Below the pieces are notes generated by a model, which saw only the letters and a program-made list of their open reading frames with translations, had not been told where the DNA came from and searched no databases. A DNA stretch of 64,000 nt from Macrostomum lignano (taxonomy: Eukaryota). Location: assembly GCA_002269645.1 (NCBI GenBank), contig NIVC01002090.1:10781-74780 (forward strand), in the 5' to 3' direction. Positions 23,001-35,500 of this stretch are shown one piece after another (positions within the stretch are counted from its first letter, which is position 1; every line of letters begins with the position of its first letter). A program made the translations under genes and the position numbers.

Positions 23001-25129
23001 TGTTTGTTTACATGACGCTTCTATGATTGTTTACATGACGCTTCTATGACTTTTTAAATGACGCATCTATGATTTTTATATGACGCTTCTATGATTTTTT
23101 ACATGACGCTTCTATGATTGTTTACATGACGCTTCTATGATTTTTTACATGACGCTTCTATGATTTTTTACATGACGCTTCTATGATTGTTTTTATGACG
23201 CTTCTATGATTGTTTACATGACGCTTCTATGATTGTTTACATGACGCTTCTATGATTTTTTTAAATTACGCTTCTATGATTTTTTTTAGATAACGCTTCT
23301 TTGATTTTTAAATGACGCTTCTACGATTTTTTACATGACGCTTCTATGATTGTTTACATGACGCTTCTATGATTTTTACATGACGCTTCTTTTTAAAAAG
23401 TCTTTTAGTTTTCCTGATGTTGAAAAGCTTTAATTAAAAAAATTATACTCTATGAAAATTCGAACCAATTCGAACCAAACTGCATTTAGCAGTTCAGTTT
23501 GTTCACCTCTAGGCTAGCTCTCATCGTTTTGATAACATCAAATTTTTCACTTATATAATTCAACACTTTAAAATCCAAGCATAGAGTAAATTACACGAAG
23601 CAGTTATGACATAATCAGTTTCTCAGTCAGTCAGTATCAGTTAACAATATGGTTACGCAATTTAAATCAAGTTTGGTGCTACGCTTCCACACTGAGTTAC
23701 AATTCAGTTATGATGCAATCTATTTCAGAATCAGAATTCAACCAGTCAGTTTTTTCTCTAGCATTCTTACAATGCATTTCAAGTCGAAAAGTTTGCTTGA
23801 CCTTTGCAAAAAAGCATGTTTTTCGAATATTTAATGCCTTTAGCATCGAGCAATTTCTTAGCCACGATGCATGTACCGTCACGGGAAAATTTGTTTCACA
23901 TGACGCTTCTATGATTGTTTACTTGACGCTTCTATGATTGCTTACATGACGCTTCTATGATTTTTTACATAACGCTTCTATGATTGTTTACATGACGCTT
24001 CTACGATTTTTTACATGACGCTTCTATGATTGTTTACATGACGCTTCTACGATTTTTTACATGACGCTTCTATGATTGTTTACATGACGCTTCTATGATT
24101 GTTTACATGACGCTTCTATGATTGTTTACATGACGCTTCTATGATTTTTACATGACGCTTCTATGATTGTTTACATGACGCTTCTATGTTTGTTTACATG
24201 ACGCTTCTATGATTGTTTACATGACACTTCTATGATTTTTTACATGACGCTTCTATGATTGTTTACATGACGCTTCTATGATTGTTTACATGACGCTTCT
24301 ATGATTGTTTACATGACGCTTCTATGATTTTTTACATGACGCTTCTATGACTTTTTAAATGACGCTTCTTTTTAAAAAGTCTTTTAGTTTTCCTGATGTT
24401 GAAAAGCTTTAATTAAAAAAATTATACTCTATGAAAATTCGAACCAATTCGAACCAAACTGCATTTAGCAGTTCAGTTTGTTCACCTCTAGGCTAGCTCT
24501 CATCGTTTTGATAACATCAAATTTTTCACTTATATAATTCAACACTTTAAAATCCAAGCATAGAGTAAATTACACGAAGCAGTTATGACATAATCAGTTT
24601 CTCAGTCAGTCAGTATCAGTTAACAATATGGTTACGCAATTTAAATCAAGTCTGGTGCTACGCTTCCACACTGAGTTACAATTCAGTTATGATGCAATCT
24701 ATTTCAGAATCAGAATTCAACCAGTCAGTTTTTTCTCTAGCATTCTTACAATGCATTTCAAGCCGAAAAGTTTGCTTGACCTTTGCAAAAAAGCATGTTT
24801 TTCGAATATTTAATGCCTTTAGCATCGAGCAATTTCTTAGCCACGATGCATGTACCGTCACGGGAAAATTTCTGATCGAACAGTGCAAGTTCGAACAAAA
24901 TCGGTCCAGCCATTTTTTCTCTAATCGATCACATAGACACAGACAGACAATTTTTAGTATATACGAGTGGAACTCCTCCTTCGGAGGAGAAAGGGGAAGA
25001 ACTCCCATCACCGGAATTCTATTCCCTGAAATATCCATCAACTGAAATTCCATGTCTTTAACCCTATCTTCCAAATCGTCTCCAAATTCTTTACAAAATC
25101 TTTCAGAGACCATAGCTCAAAGACTCTCA

Positions 25130-25835
25130 AGTCTCTCATATCTCCTCTCTCCTCTCTCTCATCTCATCTCTACCCCTGCTCCCTTATTTATCTCTTCTCC
25201 CTCGTCTTTCGTCTGTACCTTCTCCTGTCTTCTGTCTCCTCTCTTCACTCTTATCTCTCCCTCTTCTCTCCTCTCTCATATGTCATCTCTACTCACTTAT
25301 CTATCGTCTCTCTTAACCCTCTCTCTCTCTTCTCTTTTCTCTTCTCTCTGCTCTCATTTCTCATATTTCATATACGCTCTGACACTACTTTCTTGTCTCC
25401 CATCTTTCTTCCTCCTTTTCACTATCCCCTGTCTCTTCTCTTCTCTCTTTTCTATTCTCTCCATTCTCTCTTTTCTCCTTTCCTTGCTCCTTTCATCTCT
25501 CTCCTCTCTCCTCACTCTCTTCTCCTTTCGCTTCTCTCTCCTCTCTCTCCTCTCATCTTTACTACCTTATTTATATCTTCTCCCTAGTCTTTCGTCTGTA
25601 CTCTCTCCTGTCTCCTCTCTCCCCTCCTCTCTCATCCCTCATCTCCTCATCTCACTCTTTCTTTCTCCTCTACTCTCCCCTCTCTTCTATTGCCTCTGTA
25701 CGCTCTTATCCCTCATCTATTCTCTCTCCTATCATCTCCAATCTGTCATGTCTAATCTCTCCACTCAATTATACTCTGTTTTCTATCATCTCTTCTCTCT
25801 TCTCTTTTCAGTCTTCTCTTTACTCTCTTCTCTGA
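25130..25835 (+). repeat. Polypyrimidine (CT-rich) low-complexity tract in B1; related tracts at 29610-30320, 37010-37720 and 43265-43975
   Basis: Source of the spurious Leu/Ser-rich ORFs. Confidence 0.9.
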
Positions 25836-25859
25836 CTGATTGAAGATGCCAAATCCATC

Positions 25860-26200
25860 AAGATCCTCTCCGCGAAGAAAAATCCTGTCTGTGCAACTAA
25901 AAACCATCGAAATCCTCTCAGTGAAACTGGACTCCTTCGAAATCCTCTCCTTGAAACTTAAATCCATCAAAATTGTTTCCATAAAACAGAAATCAATCAT
26001 AAATTATCTCCGCGAAACAGAAAGCCTCTCCGTGAAGCTGAACATGATCGAAATCCTCTCCGTGAAACTGAACACCATGGAAATCCTTTCGTGAAACTGA
26101 ACATCATCGAAATCCTCTCCACGAAACAGAAATCTTCTCCGTCAGAATTTAAACATTGAAATCGTCTCCGCTAAACTTGACTTAATCGAATTTTTTCCGT
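25860..26200 (+). repeat. Degenerate 30-bp subrepeat (GAAATCCTCTCCGTGAAACTGAACACCATC) in family B
   Basis: IEILSVKLNT-type 10-aa periodicity; present in every B copy before the TTAGGG tract. Confidence 0.85.
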
Positions 26201-26225
26201 CAAACAACTCAACTCGCCAGATTCA

Positions 26226-26259
26226 TTAGGGTTAGGGTTAGGGTTAGGGTTAGGGTTAG
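26226..26259 (+). repeat. Interstitial telomeric tract (TTAGGG)n in family B; also at about 27415, 28465, 30479, 38110, 39299, 40349, 41632 and 44132
   Basis: 3-6 hexamers, always directly after ATTCATT(GG). Confidence 0.9.
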
Positions 26260-29200
26260 AACTACGCACAGCTTCGTGTTAAAAGGCACAGATAAAAATA
26301 TTGAACTAATTGTATCAATTCATTGCGCAACCGATTTCACAGTCAGTCAGTATCAGCCTCAGGTAAAGTTAACAAAAACATTGCGCAATCTAAATCGACC
26401 CTCCAATACACAGCAGCAGTGAGAAGTTGAACCCTCCCCCCAACAATCTTTGCAGATTAAAGTACAATCTTTGCAGAAAGTTAAAGCTGTGCTTTTTCTT
26501 TTCATATTTAAAGCAAACAACTTATATCCCCGAACTCAGCGTTGCAAGATCTTGCCAGCAATATAAGTTTCTCCTCTCAAAGTTTAAAACTCGAGGAACA
26601 GTTAGCGTTTGAAACTGTCTGATTTATAGCATTGAAGTATCGAGTGTACGTTCACTGCCTGCTTGAAAGTTGATGCATTGAATTTCAATGTCCAACAAAT
26701 ACACAGGACTGCCCATTGAAAGGCAGGAAAACTTATCAGTAGCCATATCATTGCGCAATTATCTATAAAGTCAGCCAGTGAGCCAGGGTCCAAGTGTACA
26801 CACGCAGCCACTGAGAACGCTCCCACCCCCCACTGGAAAGAAAATACACTACAGAGATAGGGAAAAGTTGTGGCGCAATCACTAAAAATTCATGCATTTT
26901 TCAGCTCCAAGCAGAAAGAGGGGACAATTAAGATTATTAAAGGTCAAGACCGCCGTTTTCTGCTTTTTTGAGGATCTTAGAAATTAAAATTTCAGAATTA
27001 AAATAGCCTATAGCCGACCTCGGATAATTTCCAATCTTCCCATATAAGTTTCAACGCTGAGTTGGCACTATTCAAGGAGGAGTTGTCGAAATGACAGACA
27101 GACATACAGACAGACATACAGACAGACAAACAACGCGTCAACTTTAGTATATACGAGGCCAACTCCTCCTTCGGAGAAGAAAGGGGAAGAACTCCAATCA
27201 GCGGAATTCCATTCCCTGAACTCCATCAGCGGAATCCCATTTTCCAACACCTCTCCGCGCAACAGAAATCGTCTCCGTGAAACTGAACACTATCGAAATC
27301 CTCTCCGTGAAACTGAACACCATCGAAATATTCTCCGCGAAATAGAAATCCTCTCCGTGAAACTGGACTAAATCGAAATTTCTACGTCAAACAGCCCAGC
27401 TCTCAGAATTCATTGGTTAGGGTTAGGGTTAGAGCTACACACAGCTGCGTGTTGAAAGGCGCCGTAAAAACATTGAACCAATTAAATTGCGCAACTTATT
27501 TCTCAGGCAGTCAGTATCAGCCTCAGTTAAAGTTAACAAAAAGATTGCGCAATCTAAATCAACCCTCAAATACACAGCAACCGACCCCCCTTCCAATACG
27601 CAGTGCAGCTAGAAATTGAACCCCCCCCACCAACTATTGGGGGGTCGGTCGAACCCCCATAGAACTCCAAAATGAGCACAATCTTTGCAGAAAGCTTAAA
27701 GTATGAAAATCTTTTCTTGAATGCTGTGAATTTAATTTTCATATTTAAAGCAAAAAACTTATATCCCCGAACTCATCGCAGCAAGATCTTTCCAGCAATA
27801 TAAGTCTCTCCTCTCTAAGTTCAAAACTCGAGCAACAGTTAGTGTTTGAAACTTTCTGATTTTAAGCATTGAAATATCGAGTGTACCTTCACTGCCTGCT
27901 AAAGATGCTCGCGAGTTTATGCATTAAAATGCACTGAATTTCACTGTGCAAAAAATACACAGGGCTTCCTGTTAAAAAACAGAACACAAATAGTTGCGCA
28001 ATTGTCTATAAAGTCAGCCAGTGAGCCAGGGTCCAATTGTACACACGCCGCCAATGAGAACGCGCCCATTCCCCCACAGGAGAGAAAATGCACTGGCGAC
28101 ATAGGAAAAAGTTGTGGCGTAATCACTCAAAATTTATGCAAATTTTCAGCTCCGAGCAGAAAAAGTGTCCAGAGAAGGTTAGGAAATCAGATTTCTGCTT
28201 TTTTAGGGATCTTAAAATTAAAAAATGAAAGATTAAAACAGCCTAAAGCCGATTCCGGAAAATTTGCAGTATTCCCATATAAGTTTCAACGCTGAGTTGC
28301 ACGTAGTCTAGGAGGAGATATCCTACAAACAAACAGACAAACAAACAAACAAACAACGCACCAACTTTAGTATTAAAATATTCTCCGCGAAATAGAAATC
28401 CTCTCCGTGAAACTGGACTAAATCGAAATTTCTACGTCAAATAGCCCAGCTCTCAGAATTCATTGGTTAGGGTTAGGGTTAGGGTTGACAGCTGCGTGTT
28501 GAAAGGCGCCGTAAAAACATTGAACCAATTAAATTGCGCAACTTATTTCTCAGGCAGTCAGTATCAGCCTCAGTTAAAGTTAACAAAAAGATTGCGCAAT
28601 CTAAATCAACCCTCAAATACACAGCAACCGACCCCCCTTCCAATACGCAGTGCAGCTAGAAATTGAACCCCCCCACCAACTATTGGGGGGTCGGTCGAAC
28701 CCCCATAGAACTCCAAAATGAGCACAATCTTTGCAGAAAGCTAAAAGTATGAAAATCTTTTCTTGAATGCTGTGAATTTAATTTTCATATTTAAAGCAAA
28801 AAACTTATATCCCCGAACTCATTGCAGCAAGATCTTTCCAGCAATATAAGTCTCTCCTCTCTAAGTTCAAAACTCGAGCAACAGTTAGTGTTTGAAACTT
28901 TCTGATTTTAAGCATTGAAATATCGAGTGTACGTTCACTGCCTGCTAAAGATGCTCGCAAGTTTATGCATTAAAATGCACTGAATTTCACTGTGCAAAAA
29001 ATACACAGGGCTTCCTGTTAAAAAACAGAACACAAATAGTTGCGCAATTGTCTATAAAGTCAGTCAGTGAGCCAGGGTTCAAGTGTACACACGCAGCCAC
29101 TGAGAACGCGACCATCCCCCACTTGAGAGAAAATACACTGCCAAGATAGAAAAATTTTATGGCGCAATCACTAAAATTGATACAAATTTTCAGCTCCAAG

Positions 29201-32200
29201 CAGAAAGAGGGGACAATTAAGATTATCAAAGGTCAAGACCGCCATTTTCTGCTTTTTTAGGGATCTTAAAAATTGAAAATGAAAGATTAAAATAGCCTAA
29301 AGCCATCCTCGGAAAATTTGCAGTTTTCCCATATAAGTTTCAACGCTGACTTGCAAGTATTCTAGGAGGAGTTATCCAACAAACACACACACACACAGAC
29401 AAACAACGCACCAACTTTAGTATTAAGATAAGAAAGAAAAGACGAGTGGAACTCCTCCTTCGGAGGAGAAAGGGGAAGAACTCTCATCACCGGAATTCCA
29501 TTCCCTGAAATATCCATCAACTGAAATTCCATGTCTTGAACCCTATCTTCCAAATCGTCTCCAAATTCTTTACAAAACCTTTCAAAGACCATAGCTCAAA
29601 GACTTTCACGTCTCTCATATTTCCTCTCTCCTCTCTTTGCAATTTTCGTGACTCTACTCTCTCTCCTCTCTCTCATCTCATCTCTACCCGTACTCCCTTA
29701 TTTATGTTTTCTCCCTCATCTTTCGTCTGTACCTTCTCTTGTCTCTTGTCTCCTCTCTTCTCTCATATCTCTCCTCTTCACTTCTGTCTCCTGTCTCCTC
29801 TCTTCTCTCTTATCTCTCCCTCTTCTCTCCTCTCTCATATGTCATCTCTACTCACTTATCTATCGTATCTCTTAACCCTCTCTCTCTCTTCTCTTTTCTC
29901 TTCTCTCTGCTCTCATTTCTCATATCTCATATACGCTCTCACACTCTACTTTCTTGTCTCCCATCTTTCTTTCCTCCTTTCCACTATCCCCTGTCTCTTC
30001 TCTTCTCTCTTTTCTGTCCTCTCCATTCTCTCTTTTCTCCTCTCCTTGCTCCTTTCTTCTTCTCCCCTCTCTTCTCTAATGTCCTATCTCTTCTCTCTTA
30101 TGTTCTCACTCATCTCTTCTCATTGCATCTCTCATCTCTCCTCTCCTCACTACTTTCCTCTCTACACTCTCTCATCTCTGATCTTTCATCTCTCTCCTCT
30201 CTCCTCTCTCCTCCCATCTCTACTACCTTATTTATATCTTCTTGGTCTTTCGTCTCTACTCTCTCCTGTCTCCTTTCTCCCGTCTTTTCTCCTCTCTTCT
30301 CTCTCCCCTCCTCTCTCATCTGGACTCATCTGAAACTGGACTCCTTCGAAATCCTCTCCGTGAAACTGAGGACCATCGAAATCCTCTCCGTGAAACTGAA
30401 AACCATCGAAATTCTTTCTTTTAAACTGAACTCAATCGAAATTTTCTCCGTCAAAAAGAATAAATATCAGGATTCATTGGTTAGGGTTATTGTTAGGGTT
30501 AGGGTTAGGGTTAGAGCTACACACAGCTGCGTGTTCAAATAAAAAATGAACCAATTGAATCAATTGATTGCGCAACCGATTTCACAGTCAGTCAGTATCA
30601 GTCTCAGTTAAAATTAACAAAAAGATTGCGCAATTTAAATCAACCCTCCTGTACACAGAGACCGACCCCTTTTCAATACGCAGTAGCAGTTAGAAATTGA
30701 ACCCCCATCTGTTGGGGCATTGAACCAAAAAATGAGTACAATCTTTGCATAAAGCTAAAAGTATGGAAATAGTTTTTTTGATGCTGCTCTTTTAGTCTTT
30801 ATATTTATAGCAAACAATTTATATCCTCGAACTCAGCGTTGCAAGATCTTTTCAGCAGTATAAGTATCTTCTCTTAAAGTTTAGAACTCGAAGAGCAGTT
30901 AGCGTTTGAAAGTTCCCGTTTTAAGGCATTGAAATATCGCGTGTACGTTCACTGCCTGCCAAAGAGGCTCGCAAATTTATTCATTCATTACACAGGCTGG
31001 CTATTACACAGGGCAGCCTATTGAAAGGCACAGATAATTAAAAAAATTGATGGCGCAACCGATTTCACAGTCAGTCAGTATCAGTCTCAGTTAAAGTTAA
31101 GAAAAACATTGCGCAATCTAAATCAACCCTCCAATACACAGCAGCAGTAAGAAGTTGAACCCTCCCCCCAACTTTATCTGTTACGTCTCGCAAAACTGAG
31201 TACAATTTTTGCAGAAAGTTAAAAGTATGGAAATAGTTTTTTCAATGCTGTGCTTTTTCTTTTCATATTTAAAGCAAACAATTTATATCCCTGAAATCAG
31301 CTTTGCAAGTTCTTTCCAGCAATATTAATTTTTTCTCTCAAAGTTAAAAACTCGAGCAACAGTTTGCGTTTGAAACTTTCTGATTTAAAGCATTGAAATA
31401 TCAATTGTACGTTCACTGCCTGCTAAAGAGGCCCGCAAGTTGATGCATTGAATTTCAATGTCCAACAAATACACAGGACTGCCCATTGAAAGGCAGGAAA
31501 ACTTATCAGTAGCCATATCATTGCGCAATTATCTATAAAGTCAGCCAGTGAGCCAGGGTCCAAGTGTACACACGCAGCCACTGAGAACGCTCCCACCCCC
31601 CACTGGAAAGAAAATACACTACAGAGATAGGGAAAAGTTGTGGCGCAATCACTAAAAATTCATGCATTTTTCAGCTCCAAGCAGAAAGAGGGGACAATTA
31701 AGATTATTAAAGGTCAAGACCGCCGTTTTCTGCTTTTTTGAGGATCTTAGAAATTAAAATTTCAGAATTAAAATAGCCTATAGCCGACCTCGGATAATTT
31801 CCAATCTTCCCATATAAGTTTCAACGCTGAGTTGCCACTATTCAAGGAGGAGTTGTCGAAATGACAGACACACAGACAGACAGACAGACAGACAAACAAC
31901 GCGTCAACTTTAGTATATATAGATAGATAGATAGATAGAGGATCTAAAAATTCGAACCATCGTCCCTGCATTTAGCAGTCAGTCTGTTTACCTCTAGGCT
32001 AGCTCTCATCGTTTTGATAATATGAATTTTAGCACTTATAATTATAAGTTTCAAAACTCCAAGCATGGAGTAAATCACACGAGGCAGTTATGACATAATC
32101 AATTTCTCAGTCAGTCAGTATCAGTTAACAATATGGTTACGCAATCTAAATCACGTCTGGTGTTTCGCTTCCACACTGCATTTTCAATACTGTGACGCAA

Positions 32201-32518
32201 TTCAAGTCGGAGTTACAATTCAGTTATGATGCAATCTATTTTAGAATCAGAATTCAACCAGTCAATTTTTTTCTAGCATTCTTACAATGCATTTCAAGTC
32301 GAAAAGTTTGCTTGACCTTTGCAAAAAAGCATGTTTTTCGAGTATTTAATGCCTTTAGCATCGAGCAATTTCTTAGCCAAGACACATGTACCGTCACGGG
32401 AAAATTTCTGATCGAACAGTGCAAGTCTCATGAAAATCGGTTAAGCCATTTTTTCTCTAATCGATTACAAGCAAGCAAGCAAGCAAGCAAGCAAGATTTT
32501 CATTTTTAGTATATAGGA

Positions 32519-35500
32519 CTAGCAATCTACGCCCCCCGTTGGGGAGCCAAAGAAATGCAATACACGTTTTTTTAATAAGCTACATGTATCCTTGAAATCT
32601 TAAAAAATCTCCTGTCAAACCTTGTAAGCCTTGACATGTCAGTAATTCCCCCCCCCCACAAGCTTTAACATATCAACTTCCCCCCTTGACATCTCAGCAA
32701 TGCCCCCAATAAGCCTTGGAAATCTAAAAATATCTGTCAACCTTCTAACCCTAACCCTAGCCTAACCCTAACCCTAACCCTAACCCTAAAGCATTGAAAT
32801 TTCAGTAATTCTCTCTAAGAGTCATTATAGCACTACTACAGCATTATAGCGATTCCTTGCAAGCCTCAACATCGTAGGGATTCCCAAATGAATCTCTTAA
32901 CTTTGACATGAAGCTTCTTTTATTTTTTACATTACGCTTTTTTATCAGCGATCCCTCCCCTGAGGAGGCATCAAATAATGTAATAAAAAGTTTTCAATAA
33001 ACTACATGTAGCTTCTGACTTTAGCCTTGAAATCTCATTTATACCCCCGTGAGCCTTGACATCTCAGCTATTCCCCCCGTAAGCCTTAACATGTCAGCGA
33101 TGGCCCCCATAAACCTTGAAATCTGAAAAATCCCCTGCTAACCTTGAAACCCGATAAAATATAACCCTCAACCCACACCTGACCTAAACCTAACTTTAAC
33201 CCAACCTAAAGCCTTGAAATCTCAGCAATTCTTCTCCCCTAAGCCTTGACATTTTAGTGATTCCTTCTTTAAGAATCACAGCACTATAACGATTTCCACC
33301 TAGCTTTGACATCGTAGCAATTCCCAAATGAATCTTTTAACTTCGACATGACTTTTCTTTTATGTATACATAGTGCTACTTTTATTTTTTACATGACTCT
33401 TCTTCTATCAGCGCCCCCCCCGTGACGAGCCAACAAAGAATGCAATAAAAAATGGAGTAAAGTACATGAACTTTGAAGTAGCTTCTGACTTTTGCTTTGA
33501 CATCTCAGAAACCCCCCCCCCGTAATCTCAGTTATTCTCTGAGAGCCTTTACGTCTCAGTTTTTCTCCCCAGCACAGCATTATAGTTGCATTTAATTTTT
33601 ACATGAACCCTTCATGTCTGACATGACGTTTCTTTTATTCTACCATGACGCTTCCTAATTTTTTAAATGACACTTTCATTAGTTTTAAATGAGGCTTCTA
33701 TGATTTTTTCTTGACGCTTCTATGATTTTTACATGATGCTTCTATGATTTTTATATGACGTTTCTATAATTGTTTACATGACGCTTCTATGATTGTTTAC
33801 ATGACGCTTCTATGATTGCTTACATGACGCTTCTATGATTTTTTACATGACGCTTCTATGATTGTTTACATGACGCTTCTACGATTTTTTACATGACGCT
33901 TCTATGATTGTTTACATGACGCTTCTACGATTTTTACATGACGCTTCTATGATTGTTTACATGACGCTTCTATGATTTTTAAATGACGCTTCTATGATTT
34001 TTACATGACGCTTCTATGATTTTTATATGACGTTTCTATGATTGTTTACATGACGCTTCTATGATTGTTTACATGACGCTTCTATGATTGCTTACATGAC
34101 GCTTCTATGATTTTTTACATAACGCTTCTATGATTGTTTACATGACGCTTCTACGATTTTTTACATGACGCTTCTATGATTTTTACATGACGCTTCTACG
34201 ATTTTTTCCATGACGCTTCTATGATTGTTTACATGACGCTTCTATGATTGTTTACATGACGCTTCTATGATTGTTTACATGACGCTTCTACGATTTTTTA
34301 CATGACGCTTCTATGATTGTTTACATGACGCTTCTATGTTTGTTTACATGACGCTTCTATGATTGTTTACATGACGCTTCTATGATTTTTTACATGACGC
34401 TTCTATGATTGTTTACATGACGCTTCTATGATTGTTTACATGACGCTTCTATGATTGTTTACATGACGCTTCTACGATTTTTTACATGACGCTTCTATGA
34501 TTGTTTACATGACGCTTCTACGATTTTTACATGACGCTTCTATGATTGTTTACATGACGCTTCTATGATTTATATGACGTTTCTATGATTGTTTACATGA
34601 CGCTTCTATGATTGTTTACTTGACGCTTCTATGATTGCTTACATGACGCTTCTATGATTTTTTACATAACGCTTCTATGATTGTTTACATGACGCTTCTA
34701 CGATTTTTTACATGACGCTTCTATGATTGTTTACATGACGCTTCTACGATTTTTTACATGACGCTTCTATGATTGTTTACATGACGCTTCTATGATTGTT
34801 TACATGACGCTTCTATGATTGTTTACATGACGCTTCTATGATTTTTACATGACGCTTGAATGATTGTTTACATGACGCTTCTATGTTTGTTTACATGACG
34901 CTTCTATGATTGTTTACATGACGCTTCTATGACTTTTTAAATGACGCATCTATGATTTTTATATGACGCTTCTATGATTTTTTACATGACGCTTCTATGA
35001 TTGTTTACATGACGCTTCTATGATTTTTTACATGACGCTTCTATGATTTTTTACATGACGCTTCTATGATTGTTTTTATGACGCTTCTATGATTGTTTAC
35101 ATGACGCTTCTATGATTGTTTACATGACGCTTCTATGATTTTTTTAAATTACGCTTCTATGATTTTTTTTAGATAACGCTTCTTTGATTTTTAAATGACG
35201 CTTCTACGATTTTTTACATGACGCTTCTATGATTGTTTACATGACGCTTCTATGATTTTTACATGACGCTTCTTTTTAAAAAGTCTTTTAGTTTTCCTGA
35301 TGTTGAAAAGCTTTAATTAAAAAAATTATACTCTATGAAAATTCGAACCAATTCGAACCAAACTGCATTTAGCAGTTCAGTTTGTTCACCTCTAGGCTAG
35401 CTCTCATCGTTTTGATAACATCAAATTTTTCACTTATATAATTCAACACTTTAAAATCCAAGCATAGAGTAAATTACACGAAGCAGTTATGACATAATCA

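Larger units (their letters stand above)
24964..31942 (-). mobile_element. Train of Helitron-like family B elements (B1 24964-27153, B2 27154-28375, B3 28376-29428 truncated, B4 29443-31942)
   Basis: B1, B2 and B4 start on + with CGAG plus the hairpin CTCCTCC-TTC-GGAGGAG (GGAGAAG in B2). All end with AGGAGGAG..(CAGA/CA/CAAA)n..AAACAACGC..CAACTTTAGTAT(AT/T)A, followed by GA|T at 29428 and 31942. Confidence 0.7.
20639..32518 (-). mobile_element. Composite Helitron unit 2 (11,880 bp): A1-type 5' segment, four family-B copies, then an A2 copy
   Basis: Same termini as unit 1. Segment 31943-32518 matches 20063-20638; B copies at about 24964, 27154, 28376 and 29443; A2 at 20639-24963. Confidence 0.8.
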
